NCBI RefSeq assembly: GCF_006345805.1
Contig: NC_042997.1
Location: 171,740,001 to 171,804,000 of the forward strand
Source: Octopus sinensis
Lineage: Eukaryota
Length of the DNA stretch: 64,000 bases
Reading direction: 5' to 3'
The first letter of the stretch is position 1, and every line of letters starts with the position of its first letter. Of the stretch, positions 1-13,529 are shown piece by piece. A program made the translations under genes and the position numbers. Under the pieces are notes generated by a model that saw nothing but the letters and a program-made list of their open reading frames with translations, had not been told where the DNA came from and ran no database searches.

Positions 1-108
1 CTGTTTTTACACCTGAAAACGATTACTGGATGACATTGGCACTTAAGAGATATATCATTAACATTTATCATTCTGGGATAAAAGGAAGATTTTATACAGA
101 AGAGTTGC

Positions 109-621
109 AACAATAATTTATAATTTCATTCTGAATAATTCGTAAGGAATTTCTGTTATTTTTTCTTTCTTCCTTATAGTTGTCCATTACTACACCTTCC
201 ATTTTAAAAATTTAGGCCTTCTTGAAGACGTAAAATTTTTGAAGGTCTTTTTAAATAAGTGAAACCAGTTAATAAATACTTTTAAAAGACTCCTGCATTT
301 ATATCCTTTTCCTTATATTTTTACTTATGCAATAATCCCCAATTTTATTTTGTTATATATAAATATTATTTAACAAATGCAGTATATGTATTTATGTGCT
401 ACTATTATTTTCATGTTCTGAGACCATGCCAAATAGTGTTTTTTAACAAGTCTGGTGTCCTAACACAATCATCAGACCAAAATTATTTTCGTTGATCTTA
501 CCCTCACAAAATAGTACACCAAGTATATATTTATATATAAATGATGATGATGATGTTCCACCCATACCAGCAAGGACGGAGGATATTAAACGAGGATGAT
601 GATGATATGTATGTATATGTG

Positions 622-660
<39 letters not shown>

Positions 661-1128
661 GTGTGTGTATATATATATGTGTGTGTGTATTGTATATATA
701 TATATATATTCTTTTAATCTTCTACTTGTTTCAGTCACTTGACTGTGGCCATACTGGAGCACTGCCTGGAGTAAAACATAAAGACAGACAAAATGCCGCT
801 AAGTATTTTGCCAGGAATGCTAACGATTCTTGAAATCCACTTACAAGGCTTTTGTTGGCCGTGAAACATTTGTAGAAGACACTTGGCTAAGTTACCACAC
901 AATGGAACCAAATCTGAAACCATGAAGTTGGGAAACAAATTCCTTACCACACAGCCATGACTGTGCCTATGCAAGCATGGAAAAAGTGGACATTAAAACA
1001 ATAATTTATAATTTCATTCTGAATAATCTATAAGGAATTTCTGTTATTTTTTCTTTCTTCCTTACAGTTGTCAGTTACTACACCTTCCATTTCAAAAATG
1101 TAAGTCTTCTTGAAGATGTAAAATTTTT
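109..1128 (+). repeat. ~130-bp local direct repeat (109-240 and 997-1128)
   Basis: aacaataatttataatttcattctgaataat...cttgaagacgtaaaatttt recurs with scattered substitutions. The second copy has acceptor- and donor-like signals. Confidence 0.9.
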
Positions 1129-2119
1129 TTGTTTCAATCACATTTTGTTCAAGCTTTGTATCTCTTTGTATTAGTTTACCTCCATTCTTTACTGTATACT
1201 TTTGTAAGTCTTACTATAGATATTTTGAAATATTTTCCTAATTGCAAGTGGCTCCTGTGTCTTTGTGTTCATGACAAATATAATCTTTCTGTGTTGACTT
1301 TTGGGTGGTATATCTTAAATGAGGTCATTACTTTTTCTTGTTTTCCTATCTTGTCTTGCTAATTCACTTAGCTTTCGGTAATAACTGCAAATTATTACTG
1401 GAACTACTAGGATATTTATTACATTATTTTTGGCATTCAGCTCTGTTTAATCATCTGTAATATTCCTTCCTATCATTTGCTTTCTTTTGAGTGTATTGTA
1501 ATTGTCAATTTCATTTATTTCAGTGAACTTGTAAGTCTATATTTGGGTTTAATTCTTTTATCTGTGTTCCTTTATCTTGCAAAATATTATTCATTTATAT
1601 TAATATTTTTTTCTCTTCAAGATGTCTTGACATATTTTTACAAAGTGAACTTTATGGCAATTTCCCTTCTCAAAGAACTCCTTTTGTCTATGAAACCAGG
1701 GTATGCTTTTGTTTGTAATTTCCAGCATACAACTTGAGAGCATCAAGATAGAGGAGGTGGTTGATCATAACCTTTGAACATTTAGAGACAGAAAGGAACA
1801 GAGTGAAGGTGTCTCCTTGCAGCATTTTCATTCAGTTAGGGAGTGGTTGAATTTTAACAATTGTTTCACGTATTTACATCCTTCTCTTTTACCTTTTATT
1901 TGTTTCAGTCGTTGAACTGGATCTATTCTGGGGCACCACTTTCAATGGTTTAGTGGTTTAGTCAAACAAATAGATCCCAGTACTTATTTTTTAAGTCTGG
2001 CCCTTATTCTGTTGGTCTCTTTTGCTGACCTGCTAAGTTGCATGGATGTAAGCAAACCAACACCAGTTGTCAAGCAGTGGTGGTGGAGACAAACACAAAC
2101 ACAAAAATACACACACACA

Positions 2120-2262
2120 CACGAGGGGGTGATGAAAAGTTCCTGGATTTGAGCAAAAGAAAATACAGAAGGATCAGTTAATTATGATTTTATTCCACAT
2201 ATTCCTCTCTCAAATTCACACATTATTGCAGTGGTCCTTCAGTTTTTCTATACACTATAAAA
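2120..2262 (-). mobile_element. mariner 3' end remnant
   Basis: Minus strand reads ...[10 protein letters not shown], a typical mariner C-terminus. It is followed by the TIR-like sequence acgagggggtgatgaaaagttcctgg at 2121. Confidence 0.7.
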
Positions 2263-2269
2263 ATATATG

Positions 2270-2354
<85 letters not shown>

Positions 2355-2386
2355 CTATATATATGTATATACACACACACACATAC

Positions 2387-2437
<51 letters not shown>

Positions 2438-2935
2438 ATATATATACATATGTATTATGCATGTGTTAGTGTGTACCCTTGTCCTAACATCATGTCATGG
2501 TTGCAAATGAGCGTCATCATCATACAAACAAGATTATTCATTTTCAGTCTTCCTTGCAAGGATGGAAGAGTGAACATCATTTAATGATGATGACAATGAC
2601 AACCAAGGTGCATGCCACAATCCTCCAACTCATCAGATCCTGTCAAACCATCCAATCCATACCAACATGGATGCTGGATGTTAAATAATAATAATGAGGA
2701 GGAGGAGGACAACAGCAACGCCCCTCCATTTTTAACATTGCAGAACAAAATATTTATTTTTTTATTTTTTGGTCAGTAAGTGTTATTCCTATTTGCTTCT
2801 TTCTAGAAATCAAAAGAAATTACTACTATTCCCTTTAGACGTTGCTTTTGTTACCTGTACATCAATGTTTTGAAAGTGACCTATTTTCCATTACCTTTCA
2901 GACAGATTCAGTGCTGAGTTGCTGAAAAAGAAATA

Positions 2936-3149
2936 CTTTTTTCTACTCTAGGTACAAGGCCCGAAATTTTTGGGTAGGGGGCCAGTCGATTAGATTGACC
3001 CCAGTACACAACTGGTACTTAATTTATCGACCCCAAAAGAATGATAGGCAAAGTCAACCTTGGCAGAATTTGAACTCAGAACGTAAAGACAGACGAAATA
3101 CTGCTAAGCATTTCACCCGTTGTGCTAACATTACTACCAGCTCACTGTC
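2936..3149 (-). mobile_element. SINE family C copy with 17-bp TSD
   Basis: Homologous to the + copy at 55085-55320. Flanked by ttgctgaaaaagaaata (2919-2935) and ttgctgaaacagaaata (3150-3166). Confidence 0.85.
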
Positions 3150-4329
3150 TTGCTGAAACAGAAATATTGTCATAGCAAGTATACTGCTTAATACCACAGC
3201 TGACCTTAACCACTTGAGCATGTCTCTTAGTGGCTGACAGGTGCATCTCTGATTATGAGCAGGAGTAGTGAAGGAGCCTCACAGCTATGTGATGAGAGGG
3301 ATTCTTTGGGATTTAAATAAATGTAACAAAAGCAAAGTTTGAAGGAAATATTAACCATTTTCCATACTTTCTAGGGGTAAGCAAATAGGAAATAACAGTT
3401 GCTACCCAAGGACAAAAAATCGTGTTACACAATGTTATTTGATCTTTGTTATAAAATTATGCTAAGGATTTGTATGCTATAGACAAGCAGATTATGGTTC
3501 AAGTGTTTTGAAAAATTGGTATTTCTTCAGTCATACAGATTACAATAGTTTCATCTCACATGGTCTTTCAAGCAATTTTCCTTATATTTTTATTTATTTT
3601 TTGTAGGTTCTTTCACAACTTTGTTCAATATCATTTACCATCTTTTGACATTTTAATCATAAATTTAGTCTTCCTAATATAAGGCATAGGGCCTGAAATT
3701 TTGATGAAGGTGGGATTCAGTCAATTACGTCAACCCCAGTATTCAGCTGGTACTTATTTTATTGACCTCAAAAGGATGAAAGATAAAGGCCACCTCGGTG
3801 GAATTTTAACTAGAAATTTATATCTGTGTCTTTCCCACTGAATTGGCAGAGTTGTTAGGTTATTGAAAAAAATATTTCACAGTATTTCTTCTCACTCTCT
3901 GTGTTCTGGGCTCAAATCCAGCCAAGGTTAGTTTTGCCTTTCATCCTTTTAAGGTTGATAAAAAAGTACCAATTCAAGGCAGTGGACTGACGGAACTATA
4001 GGAACATGAAAATAGATGACTTGTGGTATTTGTTACATCTCTTTAACTTCTGAGTTCAAATCCAACCATGGCCTACATAGGTGATAAACTTAATCCATTG
4101 CTTAGCTACTTTAGTGTCTTTAGTGGAATCCATTAAGAAGACAGTGCTGGAGTTAAACATCAAGCATTATAAGCAAGTACTCTGGGTGTCAAGGGAAAGG
4201 GGACACCACAGAAAAGGTAAATGGTTTATAGCACAGAAAGAAATAATTTTAGACTTGTTAAAATAATATACAAAGTCAATGGAAATATAATTTCAAAGTG
4301 TTCATGGTGTCATATCAGGATCTGATCAA

Positions 4330-4900
4330 ATACTTTACAATTAAAAAAGGTAGAAAATTTTTCAAATATAAATAAAGTGGAAGTACACAAAATAAATATT
4401 ATTTTCCATCTTACTGAGTTTTACTTCATGTTGAAAAATAAAAATTTATTTGTAAAGAATAAAAAGTTTAGAATAGTACAACAATGCACTATAATACAGA
4501 CAATGGGTTATACACCTGTTGTAATTTAGTCATCCATAGTCTGATATGATATTTTGGAATGATATTCCTTCTTCAGATATTCTTAGATGGAGTCGCTGCT
4601 ATAATTGGTTTTCTAATGGCTTTTCTTTTTTATTTTTTGGAAGCGTCTTAGCAGTGGTCTCACGATGCTCCTTCTGGAATTCCTCGTGAGAAGTGTGTGA
4701 GATTGGCCATGTCTCAATCTCGTGTGAGCTGGTAGATCCGTAGCGCTGCTTCTAAGTTATGTATTATACGTGCAGCCTCCTTTTTTTCCCTTTTTCTTTT
4801 ATGGTCATTTTATGGTTTATTGTTGTTTATATTTTTAATTACATATATATGAGGACACCAAAATCATTTAAGTGCTTAGGGCCTCTATGGGTCTTAAACC
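4330..4900 (+). mobile_element. hAT-type transposon 3' end remnant
   Basis: Homologous to 22425-22760 (reverse complement) and 34660-35232. Ends in caccaaaatcatttaagtgcttagggcctctatgggtctt. Confidence 0.6.
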
Positions 4901-5419
4901 AAGATTTTTGGTTTGAGGATGCCTTCCTGTTTCCCTCCCACCAATCTAGGGGCTCTTTAAAGAATCAAGGACTTCACTTCATAGACTTCACATCATGGAC
5001 TTCACTTCTAAAAAAATTTTTTAATCCAATTTTCTGACTTAATTCTTGGAATATTATTTTTTTTCTCGGAGTTGTTCTTGTGTAGTTCTTGCTTGTTTTA
5101 ACATTTTCACCAATATTGTTCATAATTCTTCCTCCAAGTTTCTCATGTCTTTTGCTGTTTTTGCTACATTTACTTCTATTCTGTTCTTTGGTTTTGGTAA
5201 AAATCACATGAGGCTGAAGAGGAACTGTTCGTTTTGTTCAAGGAAATATGCCTTTTAATATAACAATAAATTTATTGAGATTTAACGAAGATCTCTTGTA
5301 TGCTTTGAGTTTGCGTACATCTTTTTGTTACTTTAATGTGTATACATACATTCTGTGTATACATACATACATATATACATACATACATACATACATACAT
5401 ACATAAGTACATACATACA

Positions 5420-5451
<32 letters not shown>

Positions 5452-5691
5452 CCTACATATATACATACATACATAAGTACATACAGTACATACATAAATA
5501 CATACATGCATATATGCATGCATGCACACATACATACACATACATACATACATACATACATACATACATACATACACATACATACATATGTACATTGATA
5601 TATATGTATGTATATGTGCATATCTATAAATACACACGTACTTACACACACACACACATAAATATCTATATACATGTAGGTGTGGGTGTGT

Positions 5692-5755
<64 letters not shown>

Positions 5756-6605
5756 GTTGCTTTTAATTTTGTTTTATACTGTGCACATTCTTTGTGTTTC
5801 TGTTACTGATTTCATTAAAGTCTGGGAGATTTTAAACAGAAATGCCTTTTATTTTCTATTTTGTTATATATGTCTGTTTACTCACATTGCTTTTTTTGTA
5901 TGAGTTCAGATGTTTCTAATATAAGATATTCTGAAGAAGTGCCTGCTTTCCTTTGTGATTGCTTTGGCTTCTCTAAAGATTATTTGATTTGTTAAAGTGA
6001 TATTGATGCACACATTCGCTTTCAGTATGAACAAAAAGAAACCTAATTAATTAATAATATTTATATGGCAAAACAAAAACATTAGCTCAATAACTAATAT
6101 TAATTTCCATAACTACATTAAATGTAATGGCCCCACTCGTCTGTTATTTCTCATACAAATGCCTTCCCTGGACAGTTCCCCTATGTCATTATGTTTCTAG
6201 TATTTTTGTGATAGCCTAGTTTGCATTTTATTTTTAACCCTTTAACTGTGAAATTAAATTTCATGATTATGCCAATAATGATGTTAAATGTTTAGTGAAA
6301 AATACAAGTGGTATTTTCTACAAGTCACTTTGCTTCAATAAACTCAACATATCTCAATAAAAAGAAAAAAATAGTTTCAAACATGATATTACCTGGTGGG
6401 GTGGGGGGTAATACTTCAAACCGGAGTCCTAAACTGAATGCTTGAAATAGAATGGACTCCACTATAGATACCCAATATTTCCAGGGGATGGCATTAACCC
6501 TGGTGACAGTTTAAGTTATTCATTCAAGTATTCCAAGGCAAGATATCAACAAAGATATCAAACTTAAGTAGATTTATGGATACCTATATATACACATACA
6601 GACAC

Positions 6606-6765
6606 TGGCTGTGTGGTAAGTAGCTTGCTTACCAGCCACATGGTTCCGGGTTCAGTCCCACTGCGTGGCATCTTGGGCAAGTGTCTTCTGCTATAGCCCT
6701 GGGCCAACCAATGCCTTGTGAGTGGATTTAATTGACAGAAACTGAAAGAAGCCTGTCGTATATAT

Positions 6766-6803
<38 letters not shown>

Positions 6804-7010
6804 ATATGTTTGTGTGTCTGTGTTTGTCCCCCTAGCATTGCTTGACAACTGATGCTGGTGTGTTTACATCCCCGTCACTTAGCGGTTCGGCAAAAGAGAC
6901 CAATAGAATAAGTACTGGGCTTACAAAGAATAAGTCCCGGGGTCAATTTGCTCGACTAAAGGTGGTGCTCCAGCATGGCTGCAGTCAAATGACTGAAACA
7001 AGTAAAAGAG
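6606..7010 (+). mobile_element. SINE family A (tRNA head, CORE-like block, internal (TA)n/(TG)n, CR1-like tail)
   Basis: A-box-like tggctgtgtgg, B-box-like gggttcagtccc, atcttgggcaagtgtctt block, tail cagtcaaatgactgaaacaagtaaaagag. Many further copies in the window. Confidence 0.9.
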
Positions 7011-7026
7011 TATATATACATGAAGA

Positions 7027-7694
7027 CGAGGGGAAGTCAAAAATTATCTGCACTTTCACCATAACATATCTTTATTGTTGCCACACTGCCTTCGGCGCAA
7101 ATGTGCTTATAGTTGGTACTATTGTGGTCATGTGATTGAAGTTTGAGCCTGATTGTGCCATTTTTCTTTCTGTCTTTACAGTATAAGCATGGCCACTCCA
7201 CTAGCAATATGCATCAAAGAAGAACAAAGAGCAATGATAGCAATGATCTGAGAGATGTTAATGGTGAACAGGTTCACCATTACCATCTCTCAAGCTTGCT
7301 GAATCTTCTCATCAGTAGTGGAGGTTGACACAGCATCCTGCTCCCACTTCATGCATCATGCTTGTCTGGCCCCTTTTAAACTTCTTGATCCACACATACA
7401 CACTTCTATGTGATTGTGCACTGTCCCCTTATTGTACCAAAAGCCTCTGATGAATTTCAACACCTGACACACCTTCGAACTAGTGAAATCAGATCAATGC
7501 TCCTTGTTCTTATTTGGTGCACATTGCTAGTGGAATGGCCATGCTCACACTGTAAAGCCAAAAAGGAAAATGGTGTGATCAGGCTTCACATGACCACAAT
7601 AGTACTAACTATAAGCACACATGTGCAGAAGGGTGTGGGACGATAATAAAGATATGTCATAACAAAAGTGTGGATAATTTTTGACTTCCACTCA
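7027..7694 (+). mobile_element. internally deleted mariner element
   Basis: TIRs cgaggggaagtcaaaaattatctgcac / gtgtggataatttttgacttccactca followed by TA. Decayed N-terminus MATPLAICIKEEQRAMI at about 7189. Confidence 0.8.
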
Positions 7695-7699
7695 TATAT

Positions 7700-7880
7700 A
7701 TCATCATCATCATCATCATCATCACCATCATCGTTTAACATCCGTTTTCCATGCTAGCATGGGTTGGACGGTTCGATCTGGCAGTGTTTCTACAGCTGGA
7801 TGCCCTTCCTACCGCCAACCACTCCGTGAGTGTAGTGGGTGCTTTTTACGTGCCATCAGCACAGGTGCCAGGCGAGGTGC
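7700..7880 (-). mobile_element. repeat B (RTE 3'-end derived) copy
   Basis: (cat)n-cgtttaacatccgttttccatgctagcatgggttggacg...ggatgcccttcc, as in other B copies. Confidence 0.85.
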
Positions 7881-8289
7881 TTTATATATATATATAAACA
7901 AAGTGCTGACACCAGAAAAAATCAAATGTTATGTAATGAACTTCATAAGTTAAACGAAGTGCAGACGAAAGCTGTTGTTTCTATTACCACTCTATACACA
8001 TGTAACATGGTGTTCTGGGTCGTACATATATTGAGTTCTATATCAAGTTATTAGTTTTGCTATGACTAAACAAAATATTAAAATAATATACATATGTAAG
8101 TATACACACACACACACACACATACACACACATGTATTATTTAACACAGTTTGATGCGGTTCCCTGTTACTTCAAGTTTTGCAGGTCTCTAACATACACA
8201 CACACACACACACATCCATCCATCCATCCATCCATCCATCCATCCATCATACATACATACATACATACATACATACATACATACATACA

Positions 8290-8322
<33 letters not shown>

Positions 8323-9297
8323 TTACATTATATCATAATGCAAATAGTTGGAACAAACAACCACAAAGCATCCCAATCTGACAATGATATTCCTGCCAGT
8401 CCACCACAACCGAAACTAATACTTTATTTTACTAACCTTGGATTAACAAAAGACAAAGTTATGAAGCTGACCTTGGTGAAATTTGAACTCAGAAATTTGA
8501 ACTCAGATGATGAGGATGATATGAAAGCACAGCGCTGAGATAGTTAGCACAGTACATTTCATTCAAAGCTTTTATAACTTAAATAATTCACCACCTTGTA
8601 TATTATTGTTATTACTACTTTCACTTACTTCATTTGTGATAGCTATATCATATATCTTATTGATTTATTTCCTCAGTATTTACAGCTTTAATGGCTATAT
8701 ATTCAGTGTATGTTTTGAAGTTTATTGTTCGTATATTCATTATGTATCCTCTCTTCTTTTAAGAGTTGTATTTCTAAGTCTGATATCTTTGTTGATTTTA
8801 AGAATGTATCTTCATAAGTTAACTAGTCTGTTGGGATCCAAAGTTACTCTTAGATCAGGTTTATTTTCTCACCAATTATTTATTCTATGTGTCTGTTGCG
8901 GTAGTCTTGTTTGGGAATAACAGTTGGATGTAGGATATACACATGTAGTATATATATAGAGATAGATAGATAGATAAATAGATATAAATATATATGTATA
9001 TATTATGCATGTATATATACATACATACATATATATATATGTATGTAGATATATATATATATATGTGTGTTTATGTATATATATATATGAATATGTAGAA
9101 AGTTGAAAAGGAACACACGAGTTGATATGTATAAGGAAAATAAGACAAGGTAGAACATGCTAAAATAATTTTATCATGAAGAACATTTTAGTTCTGGTTT
9201 CAGTCTCTGTGACTTTTTCAGTTTATATATATATAAATGGATGAATGAATTTTAATAACATCTGCGTTTAACTCCATTTATTTACTGATATATATAT

Positions 9298-9488
9298 AGT
9301 GGTGTAACTATCCTGAGAAAACATCTCATATAGATATTAGGTGCTAAAAAACCCATAAATTATATTAGTTGATGAAATTTCATCAGCATAGGCAGATAGG
9401 ATTTTTGCATCCCATGATTTCAGCGTAAATTGTTCATCATCAGCAACAGGCACCTCTACCACTGAATGCCAGATCGAAAATCCATCAA

Positions 9489-9490
<2 letters not shown>
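9298..9490 (+). repeat. solo copy of foldback arm (direct repeat of 11812-12003)
   Basis: About 190 bp with about 5 substitutions versus 11812-12003. Bounded by TA-rich tracts. Confidence 0.9.
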
Positions 9491-9523
<33 letters not shown>

Positions 9524-9603
9524 CACACACACATATGTATATATACATGTATAAATGTACATGTGCATATATATATCTTTATATACATATATGTGTGTTT
9601 GTG

Positions 9604-9637
<34 letters not shown>

Positions 9638-9727
9638 TATGTATATATATATATACATGTGCATATATATATATCTTTATATACATATATATGTATATAT
9701 GCATGTATGTATATATTTGTTTATAAA

Positions 9728-11104
9728 GATATCACCATCATCATCACTTAACATCTTAACATCCGTTGTCTCTGCTGGCATGGGTTGGATGGTTTGACCA
9801 GGGCTGGTAAGCTGAGAGGCTGCACCAGATTCCAGTGTCTGATTTAGCATGGTTTCTACAGCTAGATGCACTTCCAAACTTCAACTCCTCCGAGAGTGTA
9901 ATGGGTGCTTTTGCATGCCATCAGCATGGGTGCCAGTTGCGTGACACCATTATCTTCCATTATTGTGATTTCACTTGGCTTGATGGGTCATCTTTTCAAA
10001 CACAGTATATAATGCCAAAGGTTTCAGTCATTTGTCATTGCTTCCATGAGGTCCAACACACAAAAAGTACCTTTTATGTGCCACTGGCATGGGTGCTAGG
10101 TACACAACACCAGCATCAGCCACATTACCTATTACTCCTGTGAGGCCCAACACTCGAAAGGTACCTTCTTACAAGCCACCAGCATGAGTGCCAGTTACAT
10201 GGCACTGACAATGGCCACAATTATGGTTTCACTTGACTTGATGAATCTTCTCAAGCATGAAATGTGCTTTTTATGAGCCACCAGCATGGGTGTCAGTTAT
10301 GTGACGCTGACAACAACCACAGCTATGATTTCACATGGCTTAACAGATCTTCTCAAGCAAAGCATATTACCAAAGGTCCCATGTCTTCCTGGGTCTCTCT
10401 CTTCCACAGCTTCCCTCCATTGTTAGATATCGGCACTTTTTCACACAGCTGTCCCCATCCATACACATGACATGACCATACCAATGCAGTCATCTCTCTT
10501 GCACACCACATCTGATACCTCATATACCCAACTTTTCTCACAAGATGTTTACACTCTATTGTATATGCACACTGACATTGTACATCCAGCAGAGCATACT
10601 AGCTCCATTTCTTTCAAGCCTATGCATATCCTCTGCAGTCACAGCCCATCTTTCACTACCATGTAGCATTGTCATATGCACGCAGGCATTGTACAATCTG
10701 CCTTTCACTCTGAGGGGCAGGTCCTTTGTTACCAACAGAAGTAGGAGCTCTCTGAACTTTGCCCAGCCTACTCTTATTCTACCAGCTATGCTCTTGGAGC
10801 ATCCACCTCCACTATTGACCTAGTCACCTAGGTAACAGAAGCTATCAACTATTTCTAGCTTTCCACCTTGGCATTTGACGGAGTCTATTTTCTGTACAAC
10901 TTCAGTGTTTATTGTACCTGTGTATCTTCCACATGCAAAGCTATTTTCCCTGTTAACCTTTCTCTGATATAGCTACACTTCTTATGTGTCCATAGCTTAC
11001 ACTGGGTACGCCTTATTGAGTTCTAACTATGCCTTTTCTAAAGATTGAGCAAGGCCCTCTATCTTCCCACTACAAGGGATTTGTGATTTGTCTACTTTCC
11101 TCTT
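9728..11104 (-). mobile_element. RTE-type LINE 3' portion: decayed RT C-terminus + tandemly modular 3' region + repeat-B tail
   Basis: Minus strand encodes KLEIVDSFCYLGD...RIRVGWAKFRELL...LHWYGHV...GRPRKTW, running into repeated ORF-end modules and the (GAT)n B tail. Confidence 0.85.
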
Positions 11105-11525
11105 TGCCATGCTTGATAAGACCTGCCAAGCCAAGTGAAACTGTAGTCATGGCCAATGATAGTGTCATGTAAGAGGCATGTAAAAAACAACTTTCAAACA
11201 TTGGGCCTCATGGAGGTGATAAGCGACTATGACCTTTGGTGATATGCCATGCTTGAGAACACTTGTTAAACCAAGTGAAAGCATAGTTGTAGCTGATACT
11301 GGTGTCACGTAACTGGTACCCATGCTGGTGGCACGTAAAAAGCACCCATTATACTTTTCGAGTGGCTGGCATTAGGAAGGGCATCCAGCCATAGAAACCA
11401 TGCTGAATCAGATTGGAACCTGGTGCAGCTCTCCAGCTTACCAGTATTCCCATCAAGCCGTCTAGCCCATACGAACATGGAAAGCAGACATGAAATGATG
11501 ATAATAATGAAATCATCATCCTCAT
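11105..11525 (+). mobile_element. repeat B copy carrying RTE ORF-end module
   Basis: gacctttggtgatatgccatgcttgagaac...accaagtgaaa module, then aggaagggcatccagc...catggaaagcagacatgaaatgatgat. Confidence 0.85.
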
Positions 11526-11757
11526 CATCATCATTTAACATCCGCTTTCCATGCTAGCATGGGTTGGACGATTTGACTGAGGACTGGCAAACCAGATGGC
11601 TGAACTAGGCTCCAATCTGATCTGGCAGAGTTTCTACAGCTGGATGCCCTTCCTAATGCCAACCACTCCAAGAGTGTAGTGGGTGCTTTTACATGCCACC
11701 GGCACGAGGGTCAGTCAGGCAGTACTGGCAACGGCCACACTCAGATGGTGCTTTTTA
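11526..11757 (-). mobile_element. repeat B copy, tail-to-tail with 11105-11525
   Basis: (cat)n-ttaacatccgctttccatgctagcatgggttggacgatttgactgaggac... Confidence 0.85.
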
Positions 11758-11761
11758 ATAT

Positions 11762-12540
11762 TATTTTGTACATCCAATTTAACTTGGTTGTGTTGCTGAG
11801 AATGCTGTAGACTGGTGTAACTATCCTAAGAAAACATCTCATATAGATATTAGGTGCTAAAAAACCCATAAATTATATTAATTGATGAAATTTCATCAGC
11901 ACAGGCAGATAGGATTTTTGCATCCCATGATTTCAGCGTAAATTGTACATCATCAGCAACAGGCACCTCTACCACTGAATGCCAGATTGAAAATCCATCA
12001 AATCAATATAGTTTAATGCTAACTAAACAATTAATGATGTTTCAAAAGGCTTGCAGGTTGTGTATGAATTAATATTCATTACAAAGGCTGCTTCCATCAC
12101 TAGTAGCCATTTTCGATCTGGCATTCAGTAGTAAGGTGCCTGTTGCTGATGATGTACAATTTATGCTGAAATCACGTGATGCAAAAATCCTATCTGTCTG
12201 TGCTGATGAAATTTCATCAACTGATATAATTTATGTTTTTTTTAGCACCTAATATCTAGAAGCACAACCTACCAGTTCTTATGCAACATTACTGACTGCT
12301 TAGTCAATATTAAACTATATCAATTTACTAGATTTTTCAATCTGGCACTCAGTGGTAGGGTACCTGTTGCTGATGATGCACAAGTGACACTGAAATCATG
12401 TGATACAACAATCCTATCTGCCTGTGTTGAAGAAATTTCATCAATCAATATAATCTTTACGAGGTGAATTCTCGTGACAATTACAACAATTTACGGCAGT
12501 TTTAACAACACATCCAAATTAAGTTGGACAAGTAAATTAG
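11762..12540. mobile_element. foldback/MITE-like element with one left arm and two right arms
   Basis: 11840-12003 is inverted at 12110-12260 and again at 12335-12460. 11765-11810 is inverted at 12480-12535. Confidence 0.75.
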
Positions 12541-12659
12541 CGATTGACTCCTCATTTCTGCCCCTGAATTCTGAGGTACCTTGCCTTTGCTAGAAATCAT
12601 TATTTTCATTGAGATATTCTTTTTTTTTTGTTTCTTGTGACCTGATATTAAATTCACTT

Positions 12660-13310
12660 TATTTTAAGATTCTTTATTTGCATCAAATACAGTGTATTAC
12701 CTTTGTATCTTGAACTGAACGATAGTGTTTATATTTGTATTGTTTGGGTTTTATTATCTTTTTATAGCATTGAGTTCAGTTTTTAATATTACTCTGCTTC
12801 ATCTTTAGTTCTCTTGTTTCATTTTCCTCTTCATTTCTATGAGTTGTATTTTAACAATTTCATATCCTTCTAAGTATTTGTATAGGTGGTTCTGGTTGGA
12901 GTCTCTAATTTCAGTGTCTGCATTCAATTTGATATTTTCAGTTCTAGCTAATTTCCTTCTTTTATTGTAGCTTTAGCAGATTTGTTTAATTCTATACTCA
13001 TTTTCATGTCTTTAGCTGCTTTTCAAATGGTCTAAAAGAGGTGGTTTATAATTTGCCCATAATATTTGTTAACAATTGTGGTTTCATTCAATAGATTTGT
13101 TAACAGGGTCAAATAATGCTGACAATGAACAAGGGAAAGCATCTAAACTTTATCAATGCGTCTGTCATCATCTGGCTGCTTCTCAGTTGCCCTCTATTCT
13201 TACTGAAGAGCAGACTAATGAACCTTTCCTGGAAAGAGTCATCACAAAGAGAAGTGGGGATAATATAATTCCCTGGGAATATTCCTCTTCTTATCAGTAT
13301 ATGACTGGTT
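12660..13310 (-). mobile_element. R4/Dong-like LINE RT remnant
   Basis: Minus strand with frameshifts: IRRGIF(Q)G..LSPLLFVMTL, IINHL, KDMKMSIELNKSAKATIKEG, YKYL, LKTELNA. These match R4-clade RT motifs from recall. Confidence 0.7.
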
Positions 13311-13488
13311 TTAATTATTTTCTCTTTTCTTTGTAATAGTATGAATGGTGTTGTAATAGTATGAATGGTGTTAGGTGTTAGGAGATGTAATCCTCTGGCC
13401 CTTCTCGGAGAGCAGTAACTCTAAATAACAATTGACTTTGACCATAATGAACCATTCAACTCATGCAAGTGTAAAAAACGGGCATAAA

Positions 13489-13489
<1 letters not shown>

Positions 13490-13529
<40 letters not shown>

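Noticed and set aside
9185-9290. Reverse-strand hammerhead-like ctgaaaa-agtc/gact-gaaac and a PLE-like repeat end
   Set aside because: The core has G8 lost, with no stem I or GUH triplet. At most a decayed relic.
13076-13336. + strand ORF with an acceptor-like start (DLLTGSNNAD...)
   Set aside because: It is antisense to recognisable R4-type RT motifs.
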